From contig OZ024740.1 in NCBI GenBank assembly GCA_964016885.1, positions 196,540,001 to 196,604,000 on the forward strand: a DNA stretch of 64,000 nt, read 5' to 3'. Shown in pieces: positions 58,214-64,000 of the stretch. Each line of letters opens with the position of its first letter. Position 1 is the stretch's first letter. This DNA is from Eledone cirrhosa (Eukaryota). The translations under genes and the position numbers were made by a program. The notes beneath the pieces were generated by a model. It saw nothing but the letters and a program-made list of their open reading frames with translations. It was not told the DNA's origin and did no database searches.

Positions 58214-59662
58214 CGTACTTGGACCCCGTACTGCCGAGCTCCTCCGCAAGATCGAAATGTCAGCAGCCCATCTGAGGAAGAAGCCCTGTGAAGTGGGGGT
58301 GACCGTTGCAGCATGTGTCGGTGGCCATTGTCCACAGAAATGCCAATGCGGTCTTGTCTACGGGGTGCAGCCCCAACACCGCCGCGCCCTAGGCCTAGAA
58401 TTCATCACTCTCTGCCTTCCCCCTCCCATTCTTCTGTGATCCTAGAGCCCTTCCCTTTCCCTTCCTTTTCCGTTTTTAAATATTTGTAGTGTTGTTGTTA
58501 TTTGAAACAGATTTGTATATGATTTTATTAATAAACCGTTGTGCAATTTAAAAAAAAATGAAGCAGACGCGATAAAAGCAAAGAGATTTCTGTTAGTGTC
58601 TAGAAGTCACATTAAATACCATTGCCTGCTACAATGAAATGAAAAGGAACAGAACTTGGTTAAGGTGTAAATTCCATATGAATTATTAGTATCAAAAGGG
58701 AGGGCGGTGGATTGGCAGTATCGATAGAGCGCCGGACAACATGCTTCCCGGCATAGTTACGGCCCTTTACGTTCTGAGTTCAAATCCCGCAAGGTTAGCT
58801 TTATCTTTCATCTTTACGGGGTCGATAAAAAAAAACCCACCAGTAATGTACTGGAGTCGATTTAATCGACTTTCCTCTCCCCTCAGAATTGTTGGCCTTT
58901 AATATCAACGGAAAGGAATTATCACAACTTGCATGGATCCAATAATTTTTCACGTGTCTGCTGGAATTAGACTTAGTAAAAGAAAATGTTTTAAAGTGTA
59001 TTTGATAAAGATCAAAGAAAATAAACCAAAGGTTTATTTGTTCTATTGTTTTATTTGTTCTATTTTGTACCCCACCTCACGCTTATTCATTTTTCAGACC
59101 CTCCGCCCCTCCCGCTTTTATTCCACCCCTCATCTCACACTTATTAAATTTTGCTAATCTATCTCCGGCGAAAGTTTATTGTAAGTGATTCATATCAATA
59201 CAGTAGCTGGAGAATCTAATAATTATTTTATTTTACATTAAAAAACATTATATATGACAAAAAAATAACATTACAAGAAATCCCATATTTACGAACGTAC
59301 ACTATACAATTACCGATTTCCCAACTTCCCCCGCTTATAAGAATTTAAGGAAATGTCCCACCCCCGCTTATTCTACTGCTTATTATTTGGGACCCGAGAG
59401 TGTAGCGAGATCTGTCCACGCCTTGAACCATGGGTGACACCTAAAGGTAAAATTCTAGGTCACCATCCTTTTGGTGTGAACAGCTTGATGCGTTGACTAT
59501 CCCCTAAAGGTGGGAGGCAGAAAGCGACAGGTATATAAAGCCTATATTTTCCCACCTTAGACAAAAAGATCGGAGCATTACGCTAGCAACTAACTATGTA
59601 AAGATTCACCGCAACCTTCAGGCCCTTGAGGTCTACAGAAATATAGAGAGAATAGACTAACT

Positions 59663-59925
59663 ACAACGTCAACCTACTACTACAGACCATTCAGAGGTAT
59701 ACAAACCATTACTCTCTCTCTCACTCACTATGGTCTCAGACTCACGACGACAACGTCAACCAACTACTACAGACCATTCAGAGGTATACAAACCATTACT
59801 CTCTTTCACTCACTATGGTCTCAGACTCACGACAACGTCAACCAACTACTACAGACCATTCAGAGGTATACAAACCATTACTCTCTCTCTCTCACTATAG
59901 TCTCAGACTCACGACGACGTCAACC
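59663..59925 (+). repeat. Tandem repeat, about 3 x 85 bp
   Basis: Unit ACGTCAACC(T/A)ACTACTACAGACCATTCAGAGGTATACAAACCATTACTCTC...GTCTCAGACTCACGAC. Confidence 0.9.
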
Positions 59926-61289
59926 TTCTCAACTTTTGGTAACTGTTTTATTGTACTTTTTAATTGATTCACGTGAAGTAAACCATATATAAACCAAATC
60001 ATTTATTCTTATTATTCATGTTATAATCATTTCTAATAACCACATATAACCATCTTATTACATATTTATACCCTTCGTTAAAAGAGTACACATCAAATTA
60101 CTAGTGATGTCATATGTGGGTCGTTGATGAGTCGGGTGGGAGTGGTGTCACAGGGTATTGTTTATACACAGCTTAGATGATCATTCACGATAGACTTACT
60201 GACTCTAACGTGATAGTGATAGGGGTAAGATGACAGTCGTCATTCGTTGTGAGTTAACTGATATAAGTATAAAGATAGGCCCTACTCACCACCATCGACA
60301 CGGAGTTGGTTACCAGCAGGTGTGAGCCTCGCAATCTGGAATGGCTCAACCAACGCGTATCCCTCACCATCCTCCGGTGAAACGCCTTCTCTATTCTGTC
60401 TGCCGGGACCGTGAGGGCAGTCAGCACGTGGGCTCCCATTTGCTTATAATAGTGAGAGATGGGGAAAGCGAGAGAGTCGGAGGCAGTGAGTGAAAGAGAG
60501 AGAACATCAACACTACTATAGTACATTTCCCAGGGACTTATTTCAGAAAATATAAACAAATTATTAAAGGGAACAAAAATAAAAAAAAAAGATTGAAGCA
60601 ACGAAAGAAAGGAAGCGGGGGTGGGACAGACACTACACCCCAATCTGAGCGGTGCCTCAGTCGTGCCACACGAACAAAATGGTAAAGGCATTACCGCGAA
60701 GAATGGGCAGTGACACCCGCTGCAACAGTCACTCCACCTGACGGGTCTCTTTCCTCAAGTAGGCTACTGTCTTTCCGATTTTACGGAGGAAAAAAACCCA
60801 TTTAAGAACCATTGACGAAAGAATTTAACAGTCTGACTGTTTTAGTACACTGACCTACTTTCACCACCTACTACGATAGTAGCTCCCATTCCTCTGTCCT
60901 TGGCTTGTCAGTGCTAGCGTTTGTATAACATATGCTTGCCTGATACGGAAATGTCAACATCTCTTCTATGCTAGGCATATAATAAAACAGCAACAACATT
61001 ATTTACATTAAACACCTGTCTGACGAGCGCTGGACACTATGCTTCGCAGCATAGAGTTAATGCCCTTTACGTTCTGATTTCAAATCCCGCCTAGATTAGA
61101 TTTGCCTTTCATCCTTACGGGATCGATAAAATAAAGTACTAGTCCTGCACTGGGGTCGGTTTAACCGACTTTCCCCTCCCCTTCAAATTGCTTCAGTGAT
61201 ACTTCTCGACTTTATCATTAACTTCACTAGTATAGATAACTATGAATATATGGCATACGTTACGACACCAACAGGCGCTGGAGACCCTC

Positions 61290-63496
61290 CTAACTACGCT
61301 CGAGGCGCCTGGGTCTGTCCACCCTCCTTGAGTTCTTGGGAAAAAATTAAATTTGCTTTTTCTTCGGTATACCTAAAAAAAATTACGAAACTGGAGCAAC
61401 AAAGAGGAAAGAAGCTAGACAAGCTGCCAGGGAAGAATCTGCAAAGAAATGTCATCTAATCACAAGTTTTCTGAAAAGTCAACAGTCTTCATCAACAAGT
61501 AGTGACACATCCCAAAGCAACGTAACTGCCGGAATTTCCGGCGAGTCGGTCTGGTCAGATGAACTGGAGAAACAGAAAAGCACTGGAGAGTCACGAGAAC
61601 CTGACGTCGAAGATGCCTCAGGTCCATCGACTATCTCAACAACCGTCGTAGTCACTGAAGATATAGTTCCAAATGGGGATCCAAACTCAATAGAGGGAAA
61701 AATGGATCAATGCTCTGTGTCACTGCGATATGTATCGAAAAGTGGCCACGTACAGGAGCGTTTCCTGTCATTTTGTGAACTAAAATCAGCAGCCGCTGAA
61801 TCATTTTTCGATACGCTTGTGAAGGTTCTTTTCCAGGATCTTTCCTTGGATGCTCAATATATTAGAGGACAAGCTTACGACGGAGCGTCGAATATGTCCG
61901 GCCATATTTCTGGGCTTCAGGCTAGAGTTAGAGGGATGCTCTTCGAAAGCTGTTTACGTCCATTATTGTGCTCATAACCTGAACCTGGTGTTAATCGATG
62001 CTAGCCAATCGTCAATGGATGGTAAATTATTTTTTGGTACATTGGAGAGCCTGTATGTTTTCTTAACATCAAGCTTGCCAAGGCTGAAAATCCTCGAAGA
62101 AGAACAAGAAAAACTATTGACTTCAACGGTATTAACATTAAAAAGACTCTCAGATACCCGCTGGTTTAGTCACATTCAGGCTGTAGAGGCTACCATTAAC
62201 AACTTACCGGCAGTAATAAGTGCACTAGAGAGGATAATAAGTGGGGATGTTCACAACACTGCTCCGAAAGTATTAGCCGAGGCCAGAGGTTTGCTACTAA
62301 ATGTGAGCAAGTTTGAATTCATTTTCATGTTGAAGTTTTTTCAGAATTTACTTTAAAAGCTGCATTCTGTTTCACAATATTTGCAGAAGGAGGCTATCGA
62401 CTTATATTCCGCGAACGTCATGATTAAAAATGTAGTAAAAGAAATTGAAGAAATCCGCTCAAATGAATATTTTGACCGAACATTATCAGACACTAAAAAT
62501 CTCGCCGAGCAATGTCAAGTTGAACCAGAGTTTACAACAGAAAAACGGAAAAGAAAAAAGAAGCGTTTTCATGACGAAAATGCCAGTGACGAACCTCATG
62601 AGACGATGAGTCAGCATTTTAAACGGGACGTTTATTTCACTATCCTAGATAGAATCATTCGTAGCTTTAACGAACGTTTTGCCGACTTGCACGGATTTTT
62701 CGTGCTTGATACCGGCGCACTTCGACGACGACGACACGTGCAATAAAGAGAGAATCGATAATCTTGCGAAATTCTACGAGGGTGACATCGAAAATGACAC
62801 TATCTTCGATGAGTATTTATCATTCAAAGATTTTTACAAGGAAGTGTGTTTAGATAAATCCATATTGAGTTCTGAGATCGTTCCGTTTATGATTTCTAAT
62901 GACTTAGATAGAGCCTATCCGAACGTGTTTGCCTTATACAAAATGTTCATAACTATTCCGGTTAGCTCGGCGCAGGCTGAGCGAACCTTCAGCAGGCTCA
63001 AACTGATAAAGAATTATTTGCGTAGTACCATGAGTGAAGAGCGGTTGAATGCTCTGGCAATGATGTACATAGAGCGAGAACTGGCTGAAAAAATTGACTT
63101 CAGCATCGTGATTGAAAAATTTTCTAAAGTAAAACATCGCAAATTAGAACTGTAGTACAAGTGATATGCTCGAATGTGAAAGTAAAGTTTTAGATGGACG
63201 ATTTGTTGCACATACGAATTTTTGTTTGTGAATAATCGATTGCAAGACTAGTTTTACTGGATATTGTTTTTTTTTCTTTTCTGAAGATAGACCACCGTCT
63301 TTGCAGTTAATAAAGTTTTCACGGAACATGCTAACTCTGTAATCTATGATGTAATCTACTCTATTATAAATTATCTATTCTAGACGCCCGTATGAACATA
63401 TTTTCTTGCAGCTGATGGAAATGAGCGTATGGAATTGGTGGGCCCCCTTTAGATCTGATTTTCCCTCCCTGGCTTTAAAAGCTAGTTACGCCACTG
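61290..63496 (+). mobile_element. Decayed hAT-superfamily DNA transposon (ZMYM1/DUF4371-like transposase pseudogene)
   Basis: ORF pieces 61702..63155 carry RGQAYDGASNMSG, HYCAHNLNL, LSDTRW and the hAT dimerisation motif IPVSSAQAERTFSRLKLIKNYLRSTMSEERL. Frameshifts, a stop and an apparent internal deletion near 61700. Putative right TIR CTAGTTACGCCACTG at 63482..63496; left TIR not found, so the left boundary is approximate. Confidence 0.88.
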
Positions 63497-64000
63497 ATTG
63501 GGGGGTAGTTATTTCAGTTGCTGTTGACCGTCATATCACACTCCTTATATAGTATAGTGCGAGACTACCTCACACTCCATAGAAATATAACATTGAACTA
63601 CGAGGAACCCAAAGCGGATAGTGACTTAGCTTAGCTTAACTAATATTATGTTATTTGTTTATAGGTCTCAGATTTACACAACTCTATGATTAGAATCATC
63701 AACGTAACTGGTCTTTCTAATTGGTCATTGTCTAGCATACGGTACTCTACTGTTATTTAATTAAATTTTAAAACATTTTTAAACATTCAATTTCAATTTT
63801 TAATTTTTAATCTTTAATATAATTAATTTAACTCCGTTCCCGCACCACCAGCATGATTCAACATCAAAGATGGATGAGTTGCATAGCGTCGAGTGCTTTT
63901 CTCGTATTATGTCATGGTTAACATAGCAGAATGACCAATTCTAACTAGTTGTTGTAACGAATAAGTGGTATTCTTTGTATGGTAGTTTGATGAAAAGAAT

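Noticed and set aside
59663-59925. CRISPR-like array
   Set aside because: Whole units are repeated with no unique spacers, the context is eukaryotic and there are no cas genes.

Overview
This window is repeat-dominated eukaryotic DNA. It is AT-rich, has very long (TA)n/(CA)n/(GA)n microsatellites and a 200-N gap, and the SINE content suggests an animal, most likely an octopus or other cephalopod (inference). Recognisable coding sequence comprises two copies of a Tx1/L1-type LINE, a 5'-truncated Penelope-like element (PLE; RT + GIY-YIG), a decayed hAT transposase, R4/RTE LINE fragments and one intronless, frameshifted BTB-BACK gene. Non-coding elements include two tRNA-derived SINE families, several non-autonomous Helitrons and MITEs. 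The most striking signal is invisible in the ORF track: about 20 hammerhead-ribozyme (HHR) motifs from many unrelated sequence families. They lie in short non-coding islands inside (TA)n tracts, and many share the PLE layout: inverted copy of the 3' end, then the 3' end with HHR, then an unpaired 60-140 nt tail that often carries a GAGYRC motif. One non-coding unit of about 1.5 kb is bounded by two same-strand HHRs (retrozyme-like). Almost all '[12 protein letters not shown]' ORFs are microsatellite artefacts. Coordinates were read by eye and may be off by a few bases.
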